DNA of 32,000 nucleotides, from the NCBI RefSeq assembly GCF_000009045.1, contig NC_000964.3, positions 3,930,001-3,962,000 on the forward strand, given 5' to 3'. Every line of letters begins with the position of its first letter. The stretch's first letter is position 1. The position numbers and the translations under genes are program-made. Shown here one piece after another: positions 18,555-29,844 of the stretch. Below the pieces are notes generated by a model. It made no database searches and was not told where the DNA came from. It saw only the letters and a list, made by a program, of their open reading frames with translations. Source of the stretch: Bacillus subtilis subsp. subtilis str. 168 (GTDB taxonomy: Bacteria > Bacillota > Bacilli > Bacillales > Bacillaceae).

Positions 18555-19922
18555 ATGAAAAAGCTTTTGACTGTCATGACGATGGCTGTTTTAACTGCCG
18601 GCACACTGCTCTTGCCGGCACAGAGTGTCACCCCTGCCGCGCACGCTGTACAAATATCAAATAGCGAGCGCGAGCTTCCATTCAAAGCAAAACATGCGTA
18701 CTCTACCATTTCTCAGCTAAGTGAAGCAATCGGCCCCAGAATAGCCGGAACTGCAGCTGAAAAAAAGAGTGCCCTATTGATCGCCTCATCAATGAGAAAA
18801 TTAAAGCTTGATGTGAAGGTTCAACGATTCAACATTCCTGACCGGCTTGAGGGTACACTGTCTTCAGCAGGACGCGATATTCTTCTCCAAGCGGCGTCGG
18901 GCTCAGCTCCGACTGAGGAACAAGGGCTGACGGCCCCGCTTTACAATGCGGGATTGGGCTATCAAAAGGACTTTACCGCTGACGCCAAGGGCAAAATCGC
19001 CTTGATTTCCAGAGGAGACCTGACTTATTACGAGAAAGCCAAAAATGCCGAAGCCGCCGGAGCGAAAGCTGTCATCATTTATAACAACAAAGAAAGCCTC
19101 GTGCCTATGACGCCAAACCTGTCGGGAAATAAAGTCGGCATTCCGGTCGTCGGCATTAAGAAAGAAGACGGCGAAGCACTTACCCAGCAAAAAGAAGCCA
19201 CCTTAAAACTAAAAGCATTCACAAACCAAACCTCCCAGAATATCATCGGAATCAAAAAACCAAAGAACATCAAACATCCAGACATTGTGTACGTGACCGC
19301 CCATTACGACAGTGTTCCTTTTTCGCCCGGAGCAAATGACAACGGCTCAGGTACCTCTGTTATGCTGGAGATGGCGCGTGTCTTAAAAAGCGTTCCATCT
19401 GATAAAGAAATCCGCTTTATCGCTTTCGGCGCCGAAGAGCTCGGCCTGCTCGGCTCCTCTCACTATGTAGATCATCTATCGGAAAAAGAGCTGAAACGAA
19501 GCGAAGTGAACTTCAACTTAGATATGGTAGGCACAAGCTGGGAAAAAGCGTCTGAGCTGTATGTCAACACATTGGATGGCCAATCTAACTATGTTTGGGA
19601 ATCCAGCCGTACGGCTGCTGAAAAAATTGGGTTTGACAGCCTGTCTCTGACACAGGGAGGATCATCTGATCATGTGCCATTCCACGAAGCCGGCATTGAT
19701 TCCGCTAACTTTATTTGGGGAGACCCGGAAACAGAAGAAGTTGAGCCGTGGTATCATACCCCTGAAGACTCGATCGAACATATCAGCAAAGAACGCCTCC
19801 AGCAAGCAGGCGATCTTGTGACAGCCGCTGTCTATGAGGCTGTGAAAAAAGAGAAGAAACCGAAAACCATTAAGAAACAAATGAAGGCGAAAGCATCTGA
19901 CATTTTTGAAGATATCAAATAA
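18555..19922 (+). CDS. ywaD: Secreted M28-family aminopeptidase with PA domain
   Basis: 455 aa; signal peptide, PA domain, zinc ligands (TAHYDSVPFSPGANDNGSG, GAEELGLLGSSHYV, GGSSDHVPFHEAGI). Confidence 0.93.
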   Translation: MKKLLTVMTMAVLTAGTLLLPAQSVTPAAHAVQISNSERELPFKAKHAYSTISQLSEAIGPRIAGTAAEKKSALLIASSMRKLKLDVKVQRFNIPDRLEGTLSSAGRDILLQAASGSAPTEEQGLTAPLYNAGLGYQKDFTADAKGKIALISRGDLTYYEKAKNAEAAGAKAVIIYNNKESLVPMTPNLSGNKVGIPVVGIKKEDGEALTQQKEATLKLKAFTNQTSQNIIGIKKPKNIKHPDIVYVTAHYDSVPFSPGANDNGSGTSVMLEMARVLKSVPSDKEIRFIAFGAEELGLLGSSHYVDHLSEKELKRSEVNFNLDMVGTSWEKASELYVNTLDGQSNYVWESSRTAAEKIGFDSLSLTQGGSSDHVPFHEAGIDSANFIWGDPETEEVEPWYHTPEDSIEHISKERLQQAGDLVTAAVYEAVKKEKKPKTIKKQMKAKASDIFEDIK

Positions 19923-19924
19923 AA

Positions 19925-19953
19925 AAAGACGGCACTTGGGTGCCGTCTTTTTT
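19925..19953. terminator. Bidirectional terminator between ywaD and ywaC
   Basis: AAAGACGGCAC-ttgg-GTGCCGTCTTTTTT. Confidence 0.85.
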
Positions 19954-20584
19954 AATCCACTTCTTTCTTAATCCCCAGCATTTTCTCATCTAGGTAATGG
20001 GCAATCTCCGCGGCTTCTTTCAGCTCATCTGTTAATTGCTTAGGAACGTCATTGTTCAATTTATAATAAATTTTATGTTCAAGGCTCGCCCAGAAATCCA
20101 TCGCGATTGTCCGGATTTGAATTTCTGCTTTGACGTATTCCACACGGTTCGTTAAATTCACAGGCATCTCAATGATTAAATGCAGGCTTCGATAGCCATT
20201 CGGTTTGGGTGTCTGGATATAATCCTTTACCTTTACGATTCTCAAATCTTCATGCTGCTTCAACACATTCACGACATTATAAATGTCAGAAATAAAGGAA
20301 CAGATGATGCGCACGCCGGCAATGTCGTGAATATGCTCCTTCATTTCCTTCGTCGTAATCTCACAGCCCTTTCTCATTAACTTATTCACGATGCTTTCAA
20401 AGCTTTTTACACGGGATTTTGTATGTTCAATCGGGTTGTGTCCGTGAATGAGGTTATATTCCTGGCTGATAATTGAGAACTTTGTATCGAGCGCATCTAG
20501 CGCAAATTTATAAACTAATAACTCATTTTTCCAATCTTCCATTACTGTTTTTAAATCGTCCATATGTGTTACAGATAAATCCAT
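19952..20584 (-). CDS. sasA: Small alarmone synthetase ((p)ppGpp synthetase) YwaC/SasA
   Basis: 210 aa from MDLSVTHMDDLKTVMEDW; synthetase motifs (DIAGVRIICSF, KPNGYRSLHLI, EIQIRTIAMDFWASLEHKI); no HD hydrolase domain. Confidence 0.93.
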   Translation of the reverse strand: MDLSVTHMDDLKTVMEDWKNELLVYKFALDALDTKFSIISQEYNLIHGHNPIEHTKSRVKSFESIVNKLMRKGCEITTKEMKEHIHDIAGVRIICSFISDIYNVVNVLKQHEDLRIVKVKDYIQTPKPNGYRSLHLIIEMPVNLTNRVEYVKAEIQIRTIAMDFWASLEHKIYYKLNNDVPKQLTDELKEAAEIAHYLDEKMLGIKKEVD

Positions 20585-20630
20585 GTTCGTCATCTCCTTT
20601 AACGGAACTTTATCCGCTGTCCATGTACTA

Positions 20631-20656
20631 GACGTCCCTGTCTGCTGCAAGGTTCT
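20631..20656 (-). promoter_or_regulatory. Candidate ECF-sigma promoter for ywaC
   Basis: Minus strand AGAACC-N16-CGTC; ywaC is known to respond to cell-envelope stress ECF sigma factors. Confidence 0.5.
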
Positions 20657-20692
20657 ATGAATTTTTTTACAAAATGCGGTCGATTGTAACAA

Positions 20693-20724
20693 AAAAAGAC
20701 CGCATGAAACGAGCGGTCTTTTTT
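20693..20724 (-). terminator. Terminator after menA
   Basis: AAAAAGACCGC-atgaaacga-GCGGTCTTTTTT immediately after the menA stop. Confidence 0.75.
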
Positions 20725-20725
20725 A

Positions 20726-21661
20726 TTATCGGAAATAGCTGATCAATAATCCGATCGAGAGCAGGAATCCGAAAAATGTATTTGTTTGGGCTGTTGATTT
20801 CATTGCGACAATCATATTCATCGGCATTTCGTTCTGGACGAAGCCCTTCACTGCCTGAACCGGCTTAGGCACGCTCAAAAAGACGACAAACAGCCATGGG
20901 CTTGCGGCACCGGTAATAACCAAGCCGACAACCCAGATATAAGCGACGGCAAACGACGCAGCTAACAGAGTAACAGCTCCCTTATGCCCCATCAAAATCG
21001 CCAATGTTTTGCGTCCGCCTTTTTTGTCCTCTTCAATATCACGAATGTTGTTCGACAGGTTAATCGCGCCGACAAGAATCGCAATCGGGATGGAAATCAA
21101 AATGCTCTGCATATTGATCTTATCTGTCTGAATGAAAAACGAAATCAGCACAAACACCGAACCCATGCAAATGCCTGAGAATAATTCACCGAACGGCGTG
21201 TACGCAATCGGCAGCGGCCCGCCTGTATACAGGTAGCCGATCGCCATGCCGACAAGGCCGATCAGCGCAAGCCACCAGCTGCTGCTGGCACAAATATAGA
21301 CACCGAGCAAAATGGCAATCCCGTATGAGGCAAGAGCTAATTGCAAAATCGTTTTAGGCTTCATTCCGTGGCGTACAATGGCCCCTCCGATTCCGACTGA
21401 TTCTGCTGTATCTAATCCGCGTTTAAAATCATAGTATTCATTAAATAAGTTCGTCGCGATCTGGATCCATAGGCAAGAAAACAGCATAGCCAAAAACAGC
21501 AGCAGATCAACCTTCACATAAAACATCGCCAAAACGGTTCCGAGCAGCACAGGCACAAACGATGCGGTTAACGTATGAGGACGGGTTAACTGCCAAAGGA
21601 TCTGCCCCATGCTTTCTTTTTGCGGCGCTGTCTGACCCTCACCCTTATTTGTTTGGTTCAT
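20726..21661 (-). CDS. menA: 1,4-dihydroxy-2-naphthoate prenyltransferase
   Basis: 311 aa UbiA family; NLFNEYYDFKRGLD and NNIRDIEEDKKGGRKTLA motifs. Confidence 0.94.
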   Translation of the reverse strand: MNQTNKGEGQTAPQKESMGQILWQLTRPHTLTASFVPVLLGTVLAMFYVKVDLLLFLAMLFSCLWIQIATNLFNEYYDFKRGLDTAESVGIGGAIVRHGMKPKTILQLALASYGIAILLGVYICASSSWWLALIGLVGMAIGYLYTGGPLPIAYTPFGELFSGICMGSVFVLISFFIQTDKINMQSILISIPIAILVGAINLSNNIRDIEEDKKGGRKTLAILMGHKGAVTLLAASFAVAYIWVVGLVITGAASPWLFVVFLSVPKPVQAVKGFVQNEMPMNMIVAMKSTAQTNTFFGFLLSIGLLISYFR

Positions 21662-22036
21662 CTTCCTCTTCCTTTCTATTAAAAGGCTTACTTTTTTTCA
21701 GCCGGCAGCTTAATAAAAAACTCCTTTTGCTTCCTTATCTATCATAATGACTTCTCCCTTATTTCACAAGATACCGCAAGAAGGCGTTTTCTTTCTTATT
21801 ATACGCTTCTCGCCCTGATTTCATTAGGTTTCTGCTTTCACTTGAACGAACAGGTACAGAAAAATTTTTTTAAGTACATTACACTTTTTAAAAGTTAAAA
21901 AGATCTTTTGACTCCAGGTATCTTTTCCTTTATTATGAATCAGCTCGAAACATTCCATTCTTGCCCTTGCAGGTATAAAGATTCATTTTCAAAAACATAC
22001 GCCGATATATTAATTTGAGGGAGATTAGGGAAAAAA

Positions 22037-22062
22037 TGAAACTTTTTGAGCATCTGATCGTC
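22037..22062 (+). promoter_or_regulatory. ECF-sigma (SigX-type) promoter of dlt operon
   Basis: TGAAAC-N16-CGTC, 45 nt before dltX; dlt is an established SigX target. Confidence 0.75.
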
Positions 22063-22107
22063 AAATAATCATGTGATTGTCGAAAAAACGGGAAGGGAAT
22101 TTTTGAT

Positions 22108-22257
22108 ATGCTGCAATTAATGAAACAGCTGTATGAAAAACCCGCTGTCAAGTGGACATGTCATACAGGCTTTTATTTGATGATACTGCTTGTTTTGTTT
22201 TTTATGTATGGTTTTCACACCGCGAATACCGGTTCATATATTTATAACGATTTCTAA
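22108..22257 (+). CDS. dltX: DltX, small membrane protein of teichoic acid D-alanylation
   Basis: 49 aa: [49 protein letters not shown]; one TM helix, GxYIYNDF end, just before dltA. Below the ORF-track length cutoff. Confidence 0.93.
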
Positions 22258-22274
22258 TTGGAGAGAGAATAACT

Positions 22275-23786
22275 ATGAAACTTTTACATGCTATTCAAAC
22301 ACATGCGGAAACTTATCCGCAAACCGATGCCTTCCGCTCTCAAGGCCAGTCGCTCACGTATCAGGAATTATGGGAGCAGTCTGACCGCGCGGCTGCCGCG
22401 ATCCAAAAACGCATTTCTGGGGAAAAGAAATCTCCTATCCTTGTGTACGGCCACATGGAGCCGCACATGATCGTTTCCTTCTTGGGAAGTGTCAAAGCGG
22501 GACATCCTTATATTCCGGTTGACCTGTCTATTCCGTCCGAACGGATTGCGAAAATTATCGAAAGCTCTGGAGCAGAATTGCTGATCCATGCAGCAGGACT
22601 CTCAATTGATGCAGTCGGCCAGCAGATTCAGACAGTTTCTGCGGAAGAACTGCTGGAAAACGAAGGCGGCTCTGTCAGCCAAGATCAATGGGTCAAAGAA
22701 CACGAAACGTTTTATATCATTTACACTTCCGGGAGCACAGGAAATCCGAAAGGCGTGCAGATTTCCGCTGCGAACCTTCAAAGCTTCACAGACTGGATTT
22801 GTGCAGACTTTCCAGTCAGCGGAGGAAAAATATTTTTAAACCAAGCGCCGTTCTCATTTGATTTGTCTGTCATGGACCTATATCCGTGCCTTCAATCAGG
22901 CGGGACTTTACATTGCGTGACAAAGGATGCTGTGAATAAGCCGAAAGTCTTATTTGAAGAGCTGAAGAAGTCCGGGCTGAATGTGTGGACATCAACACCT
23001 TCCTTTGTGCAAATGTGCCTGATGGATCCGGGTTTTTCACAGGATCTGCTGCCTCATGCGGACACATTTATGTTTTGCGGAGAGGTTCTTCCGGTTTCTG
23101 TGGCCAAAGCGCTGCTTGAGCGTTTTCCGAAAGCGAAGATTTTTAATACGTACGGCCCGACTGAAGCGACAGTGGCTGTCACATCGGTTGAAATTACGAA
23201 TGACGTCATCAGCCGCAGCGAATCGCTTCCAGTGGGCTTCGCCAAACCAGATATGAACATTTTCATTATGGATGAAGAGGGACAGCCGCTTCCTGAGGGA
23301 GAAAAAGGAGAAATCGTCATTGCAGGGCCGAGTGTAAGCCGAGGCTACCTTGGTGAGCCAGAGCTGACGGAAAAAGCGTTTTTCTCTCATGAAGGCCAGT
23401 GGGCATACCGAACTGGCGATGCCGGCTTTATTCAAGACGGTCAGATTTTCTGCCAAGGACGTTTGGATTTTCAGATTAAACTTCACGGCTATCGAATGGA
23501 GCTGGAGGAAATCGAGTTCCATGTCAGACAGTCACAGTACGTTCGTTCTGCTGTCGTGATTCCTTATCAGCCAAACGGAACAGTTGAGTATCTGATCGCT
23601 GCTATTGTGCCTGAGGAGCATGAGTTCGAGAAGGAATTCCAGCTGACAAGCGCTATTAAAAAAGAGCTTGCCGCTTCTCTTCCGGCATATATGATCCCGA
23701 GAAAATTTATCTATCAGGATCACATTCAAATGACGGCTAACGGCAAAATTGACCGAAAACGCATTGGCGAAGAGGTTCTTGTATGA
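22275..23786 (+). CDS. dltA: D-alanine--poly(phosphoribitol) ligase subunit 1
   Basis: 503 aa adenylation-domain protein ([35 protein letters not shown]). Confidence 0.97.
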
Positions 23787-24970
23787 CGCCTTACAGCTCG
23801 TTTTTATTCTTTATACTGCTTGGCATTCTTCTTCTGCCGACGATCATTCTCGGCTTAAACGGAAAAAGATTTCAAGCATACAACATGTTCATATCTATCA
23901 TTATATTGGCTTTAATTTTTTCGCACGACTTACACGGGGTCATCGCGCTGTGCCTGTTTACAATATGGCAGGTGCTCCTGATCAGCGGCTATCTGGCATA
24001 CCGGCAGAAAGCGAACAGCGGCTTTGTCTTTTGCGGAGCTGTTATCGCGTCTATTCTGCCTTTATTTCTGTCAAAAATATGGCCGTTTCTTTCACACCCG
24101 CAGCCGCATCATCCGCCGCATAACCTGATCAGCTTTTTAGGGATTTCATATTTAACCTTTAAAGGCGTTCAGCTGATTATGGAAGCAAGAGACGGACTGC
24201 TGAAAGAACAGCTGCCATTGCACCGTCTGCTGTATTTCATCCTGTTTTTCCCGACGATTTCCTCCGGCCCGATCGACAGATACCGCCGGTTCGTCAAGGA
24301 TGAACAGAAGGCTTGGACGAAAGAAGAATACGCCGACCTGCTGTATACGGGAATCCATAAAATCTTCATCGGTTTCCTGTATAAATTTATTATCGGCTAC
24401 GCGATCAATACGTACTTCATCATGAATCTTCCCGCAATCACGCACAATAAGATTCTTGGGAACCTGCTGTACATGTACGGCTACAGCATGTATTTATTCT
24501 TTGATTTCGCCGGCTACACGATGTTTGCCGTCGGGGTCAGCTACATTATGGGCATTAAATCACCAGAAAACTTTAATAAACCGTTTATCAGTAAAAATAT
24601 TAAAGATTTCTGGAATCGCTGGCATATGTCTCTGTCATTTTGGTTCAGAGATTATGTGTTTATGAGATTCGTATTTTGGATGACTAAGAAAAAGTGGATC
24701 AAAAACCGTATGGCCGTCTCAAACATCGGGTATTTCCTGCTGTTTATGCTGATGGGGGTTTGGCACGGGCTCGCGCCGCAATATATCATTTACGGCCTCT
24801 ATCACGCCGTTCTGATGACGTGTTACAACTTTTTCGAGAAGTGGAATAAGAAATATAAATGGCTGCCGTCCAACCGCTGGACAACCATTCTCGCTATTGT
24901 GATCACATTCCATTTCGTTTGCTTCGGGTTTTATATTTTCTCAGGAAAACCATTTCATCACCACCATTAA
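23783..24970 (+). CDS. dltB: MBOAT-family D-alanyl transfer protein DltB
   Basis: 395 aa; [20 protein letters not shown] and LMGVWHG motifs; 4-nt overlap with dltA. Confidence 0.97.
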
Positions 24971-24986
24971 AGGAGATTAGAAAGCT

Positions 24987-25223
24987 ATGGATTTTAAACA
25001 AGAGGTATTAGACGTTTTAGCAGAGGTTTGCCAGGATGACATCGTAAAGGAAAATCCTGATATTGAAATTTTTGAAGAAGGTTTGCTTGATTCTTTTGGA
25101 ACAGTAGAATTGCTGCTTGCGATTGAAAACCGTTTTGATATTTTAGTGCCGATCACTGAATTTGACCGGGACGTTTGGAATACACCTAACAACATTGTAA
25201 ATCAGCTGTCTGAGTTGAAATAA
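24987..25223 (+). CDS. dltC: D-alanyl carrier protein
   Basis: 78 aa; [12 protein letters not shown] phosphopantetheine site. Confidence 0.97.
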   Translation: MDFKQEVLDVLAEVCQDDIVKENPDIEIFEEGLLDSFGTVELLLAIENRFDILVPITEFDRDVWNTPNNIVNQLSELK

Positions 25224-26401
25224 TGAAAAAGCGTTTTTTCGGTCCAATTATTTTGGCGTTTATTCTATTCGCAGGCGCCATCGCAATTCCATCTTCATGG
25301 CTGACAGGCTTCATCACCGATAAGCGTGTGAAAGAGTCAGCAACAGCCTTGAATCCGAGTATGTTTCAAGGGCTATATTTACAAGATCAGATGCTCAAAG
25401 ATCCGACATATCTTCCGATTTACGGGTCTTCTGAGCTTTCTCGGCTGGACGAGTTCCACCCATCTAATTATTTTCAGGTAAACAATGAGGGATTCACGCC
25501 ATACCTTGTCGGCAAAGGCGGATCCCAGTCATTGATTCATTCTTTAAACTTCGCTGCCCACATGGATCAGCTGAAGGGCAAAAAAATCGTATTCATCGTG
25601 TCTCCGCAATGGTTTATTAAGCGCGGGTCTGATGAACAGCATTTCGCGCCGAACTATTCTGCGCTGCAAGGGCTTGATTTGGCATTTAACGATCAGATCG
25701 ATCCTGAAATTAAAAAGAAAATGATGAAACGCATGCTTCGCTTTAAGGCTGTGCAAAACGATGCCATTCTTTCTGAGCTGTACAAAGCAATGGTAAACGG
25801 TCAGACGTGGAAAGTGAACGCGCTGAAGCCGGCGGCGAAAGTGTATTACAGCATGCTGGAAAAGAAAGATCTGTATTATTCAACGACAGAATCATCCGGG
25901 CCAAAGCGCTATATCTCGCAGTCAGTAAAGGATAAGTCATGGTCTGAATTGAATAAACTAGCGGATCAATCGGGCAAACGCCACTCCGGTTCTAACGATT
26001 TTCACATCGACAACCCTGTCTATAAAAAGCTGAAGCCGAAAGTGCCTAAGCTGAAAGGGAAAAACAAAGGAAGATCGTATGCGGTGTCACCGGAATATGG
26101 CGACTTTGAAATGATGCTCGATATCCTGAAGGATGCGGGCGCAGAGCCTATGTTTGTCACCATTCCTGTTAACGGGAAATGGTACGATTACACGGGCTTC
26201 CCGAAAAAAGGACGCACTGACTATTACAAAAAGGTAAATAAACAAATCAGAGCGAAGGGCTTCCAGGTTGCTGATTTCTCAGGGCATGAATATGACCCGT
26301 ATTTCATGAAAGACACCATTCACATCGGCTGGAAAGGCTGGGTGTATGTCGATAAAGCAATTGACGAATTTTATAAAACCGGAAAAGTCACTTCATCCTG
26401 A
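25223..26401 (+). CDS. dltD: D-alanyl-lipoteichoic acid biosynthesis protein DltD
   Basis: 392 aa; GSSELSRLDEFHPSNYF, C-terminal MKDTIHIGWKGW. Confidence 0.97.
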   Translation: MKKRFFGPIILAFILFAGAIAIPSSWLTGFITDKRVKESATALNPSMFQGLYLQDQMLKDPTYLPIYGSSELSRLDEFHPSNYFQVNNEGFTPYLVGKGGSQSLIHSLNFAAHMDQLKGKKIVFIVSPQWFIKRGSDEQHFAPNYSALQGLDLAFNDQIDPEIKKKMMKRMLRFKAVQNDAILSELYKAMVNGQTWKVNALKPAAKVYYSMLEKKDLYYSTTESSGPKRYISQSVKDKSWSELNKLADQSGKRHSGSNDFHIDNPVYKKLKPKVPKLKGKNKGRSYAVSPEYGDFEMMLDILKDAGAEPMFVTIPVNGKWYDYTGFPKKGRTDYYKKVNKQIRAKGFQVADFSGHEYDPYFMKDTIHIGWKGWVYVDKAIDEFYKTGKVTSS

Positions 26402-26491
26402 GCATCTCATAGGACGCGGCTGCATATTTCCTGCTAAGATTTGTAATAGTAAAGGAATCACAGCCAACTTAATTAAGAGGTGTTACATCCA

Positions 26492-27250
26492 ATGAAGATG
26501 ACAAATAATACGGTTTTAATCACAGGGGGTTCTGCTGGCATCGGGCTTGAACTGGCCAAGCGCCTGCTGGAACTTGGCAATGAAGTTATCATTTGCGGAC
26601 GCAGCGAAGCACGTCTTGCAGAAGCGAAGCAGCAGCTCCCAAACATCCATACAAAGCAATGTGATGTTGCAGACCGTTCGCAGCGGGAAGCATTGTATGA
26701 ATGGGCTTTAAAGGAATATCCGAACTTGAATGTTCTCGTCAACAACGCCGGCATTCAAAAGGAAATTGACTTTAAAAAAGGGACAGAGGAGCTTTTTGTG
26801 GACGGTGATGAAATTGAACTTAATTTCCAAGCGCCTGTCCATTTATCCGCCCTTTTCACACCTCATTTGATGAAGCAGCCCGAGGCGGCAATCGTTCAGG
26901 TCACATCCGGGCTTGCGTTTAACCCGTTAGCTGTTTATCCGGTGTACTGCGCAACAAAAGCGGCACTTCACTCGTTCTCGCTTACGCTCAGACACCAGCT
27001 CCGCGACACGAGCGTGGAAGTGATTGAAATGGCACCGCCTATGGTGGACACGGGCTTAAACCAAAAATCACGCGATAAACAAGGCCTGACGTACCGGGGC
27101 ATTTCATCTGAAGAATATGTTCAATATTTCTTGGACGGCTTGAAGGAAGGCAAACAGGAGATTACAAATGAACGTGTTGAAGGTCTTCGGGATGCCACTC
27201 GCGCCGATTATGACAGGTTATTCGAGCAAATGAACACGCAGGAGAATTAA
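26492..27250 (+). CDS. dltE: Short-chain dehydrogenase/reductase DltE
   Basis: 252 aa; VLITGGSAGIGLELAKRL, YCATKAALHSFS. Confidence 0.93.
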   Translation: MKMTNNTVLITGGSAGIGLELAKRLLELGNEVIICGRSEARLAEAKQQLPNIHTKQCDVADRSQREALYEWALKEYPNLNVLVNNAGIQKEIDFKKGTEELFVDGDEIELNFQAPVHLSALFTPHLMKQPEAAIVQVTSGLAFNPLAVYPVYCATKAALHSFSLTLRHQLRDTSVEVIEMAPPMVDTGLNQKSRDKQGLTYRGISSEEYVQYFLDGLKEGKQEITNERVEGLRDATRADYDRLFEQMNTQEN

Positions 27251-27267
27251 TTTCTCCTGCTTTTTTC
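27238..27267 (+). terminator. Terminator overlapping the 3' end of dltE
   Basis: GCAGGAGAA-ttaat-TTCTCCTGCTTTTTT; stop codon TAA (27248-27250) lies in the loop. Confidence 0.8.
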
Positions 27268-27390
27268 ATATGAATTTCTTACAAATTTGAGCAAACCTAT
27301 TGCGATTATTTGTTGAAGGTATACAATAGAATATAATTATTTTCAAATAAGTTTGATAATATAAACAATTTAACAGCAGGGAGATTGACC

Positions 27391-28482
27391 ATGACTAAAC
27401 AAACAATTCGCGTTGAATTGACATCAACAAAAAAACCGAAACCAGACCCAAATCAGCTTTCGTTCGGAAGAGTGTTTACAGACCACATGTTTGTAATGGA
27501 CTATGCCGCAGATAAAGGTTGGTACGATCCAAGAATCATTCCTTATCAACCCTTATCAATGGATCCGGCTGCAATGGTCTATCACTACGGCCAAACCGTG
27601 TTTGAAGGGTTAAAGGCTTACGTGTCAGAGGATGACCATGTTCTGCTTTTCAGACCGGAAAAAAATATGGAACGCCTGAATCAATCAAACGACCGCCTCT
27701 GCATCCCGCAAATTGATGAAGAACAGGTTCTTGAAGGCTTAAAGCAGCTTGTCGCAATTGATAAAGACTGGATTCCAAATGCGGAGGGCACGTCCCTTTA
27801 CATCCGTCCGTTCATCATCGCAACCGAGCCTTTCCTTGGTGTTGCGGCATCTCATACGTATAAGCTCTTGATCATTCTTTCTCCGGTCGGCTCTTATTAC
27901 AAAGAAGGCATTAAGCCGGTCAAAATCGCTGTTGAAAGTGAATTTGTCCGTGCGGTAAAAGGCGGAACAGGAAATGCCAAAACCGCAGGAAACTATGCTT
28001 CAAGCTTAAAAGCGCAGCAGGTAGCCGAAGAGAAAGGATTTTCTCAAGTACTCTGGCTGGACGGCATTGAGAAGAAATACATCGAAGAAGTCGGAAGCAT
28101 GAACATCTTCTTCAAAATCAACGGTGAAATCGTAACACCGATGCTGAACGGGAGCATCCTGGAAGGCATTACGCGCAATTCAGTCATCGCCTTGCTTAAG
28201 CATTGGGGCCTTCAAGTTTCAGAACGAAAAATTGCGATCGATGAGGTCATCCAAGCCCATAAAGACGGCATCCTGGAAGAAGCCTTCGGAACAGGTACAG
28301 CAGCTGTTATTTCCCCAGTCGGCGAGCTGATCTGGCAGGATGAAACACTTTCGATCAACAACGGTGAAACAGGAGAAATCGCAAAAAAACTATATGACAC
28401 GATTACAGGCATTCAAAAAGGCGCTGTCGCAGACGAATTCGGATGGACGACCGAAGTCGCAGCGCTGACTGAAAGCAAGTAA
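27391..28482 (+). CDS. ilvK: Branched-chain amino acid aminotransferase
   Basis: 363 aa fold-type IV PLP aminotransferase ([47 protein letters not shown]). Known as ywaA. Confidence 0.94.
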   Translation: MTKQTIRVELTSTKKPKPDPNQLSFGRVFTDHMFVMDYAADKGWYDPRIIPYQPLSMDPAAMVYHYGQTVFEGLKAYVSEDDHVLLFRPEKNMERLNQSNDRLCIPQIDEEQVLEGLKQLVAIDKDWIPNAEGTSLYIRPFIIATEPFLGVAASHTYKLLIILSPVGSYYKEGIKPVKIAVESEFVRAVKGGTGNAKTAGNYASSLKAQQVAEEKGFSQVLWLDGIEKKYIEEVGSMNIFFKINGEIVTPMLNGSILEGITRNSVIALLKHWGLQVSERKIAIDEVIQAHKDGILEEAFGTGTAAVISPVGELIWQDETLSINNGETGEIAKKLYDTITGIQKGAVADEFGWTTEVAALTESK

Positions 28483-28484
28483 GA

Positions 28485-28518
28485 AAAAAGCCGGCCCATT
28501 ACAGGCCGGCTTTTTTTA
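28485..28518. terminator. Bidirectional terminator between ilvK and licH
   Basis: AAAAAGCCGGCC-cattaca-GGCCGGCTTTTTTT. Confidence 0.85.
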
Positions 28519-29844
28519 CGCTTCAATTTTGTTGAAAAACTGCGGCAGATACGCTTTGTGCGCCTCTAGCATTTCGTCTAAAATCTGTTTGGCCACAGTA
28601 TCGGACGGGACAAGCGGGTTAATCGTCATGGCAAGGAGCGCAGTTTGATAGTCACCTGTAACTGCCGCTTCTGCCGCGACACGTTCAAAGGATTTGATTT
28701 GCTGGACAAGGCCGCGGACAGACACCGGCAAGTCGCCGACAGCAATTGGCTTAGGGCCGGTTTTCGTCATCACACAGTTCACTTCAACTGCGGAATCGTC
28801 TGGAATACTCGCTATTGCACCATTATTGATCGTGTTCACCGGCTGAATGTCATGTTTATCATTATAAATGGAGCTGATTAAGTTACATGCTGCATCACTG
28901 TAGTAAGCTCCGCCCCGTTTTTCCAGCTGCGGCGGTTTGATCGCAAGGTTTGGATCTTTATAAAGCTCGAACAGCTCTTTTTCGACCTTCTGTACGACTT
29001 CAGCGCGGGTGCCCTCCGTTTGTGATGCTTCCAGTTCGTGCTCCAGCATCTCTTTTGTTTTAAAATAGTAACGGTGATAGCCGCAAGGGATGACATTGAG
29101 CGCTTTTAAGAAATCCGGTTCCCATTCGGCGCCTGAGATATTTTTCATCGTCATCGCGTTTTTCGGGTCGCCCATCGCCTCGATGACTTGCTCCTTCACA
29201 CTTACGCCGTCCAAGAAAACATCCAGCCCGAATACCATATGGTTCAGTCCGGCAAATTGGACTTCTACGCGGTCCACATCTACATCAAGCGCTTTGGCTA
29301 CGCCCATTTTGATGCCGATTGGAACATTGCAAAGACCGACGACTTTCTTCAGGTTGGAGTAGCGAAGCAAGGCTTCTGTTACCATGCCGGCAGGGTTTGT
29401 GAAGTTAACAAGCCAAGCGTTCGGGCAAAGCTCTTCTATGTCCTTTGCGATCTCAAGGATGACCGGAATTGTGCGCAATCCTTTAAACAGACCTCCCGGG
29501 CCGTTTGTTTCCTGGCCTATCACTCCGTATTTTAGCGGAATGCGCTCATCCTTTGCTCTTGCCTGCAAAAGTCCGACGCGGAATTGGGTCGTGACAAAGT
29601 CTGCGTCTTTCAGCGCCTTTCTCCGGTCGAGCGTAAGATGAATGTCAATCGGGACGCCAGCTTTTTCAACCATCCGTTTGGCGAGTGTGCCGACAATATT
29701 CAGCTTTTCTTCGCCCTCGGGGATATCGACAAGCCATAATTCACGGACAGGCAGCTCATCATACCGTTTAATGAACCCCTCCACTAGCTCGGGCGTATAG
29801 CTTGAACCTCCGCCAATCGTTACAATCTTCAATCCTTTTGTCAT
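28516..29844 (-). CDS. licH: 6-phospho-beta-glucosidase, glycoside hydrolase family 4
   Basis: 442 aa; [41 protein letters not shown]. Confidence 0.95.
   Translation of the reverse strand: MTKGLKIVTIGGGSSYTPELVEGFIKRYDELPVRELWLVDIPEGEEKLNIVGTLAKRMVEKAGVPIDIHLTLDRRKALKDADFVTTQFRVGLLQARAKDERIPLKYGVIGQETNGPGGLFKGLRTIPVILEIAKDIEELCPNAWLVNFTNPAGMVTEALLRYSNLKKVVGLCNVPIGIKMGVAKALDVDVDRVEVQFAGLNHMVFGLDVFLDGVSVKEQVIEAMGDPKNAMTMKNISGAEWEPDFLKALNVIPCGYHRYYFKTKEMLEHELEASQTEGTRAEVVQKVEKELFELYKDPNLAIKPPQLEKRGGAYYSDAACNLISSIYNDKHDIQPVNTINNGAIASIPDDSAVEVNCVMTKTGPKPIAVGDLPVSVRGLVQQIKSFERVAAEAAVTGDYQTALLAMTINPLVPSDTVAKQILDEMLEAHKAYLPQFFNKIEA

Noticed and set aside
20585-20692. 36-codon extension of the ywaC track ORF
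   Set aside because: Contains the candidate ECF promoter, and the RBS (AAAGGAGATG) fits ATG at 20584.
23037-23522. 161-aa minus-strand ORF opposite dltA
   Set aside because: Lies wholly inside the well-supported dltA frame, composition typical of an antisense shadow ORF, no RBS or motif.
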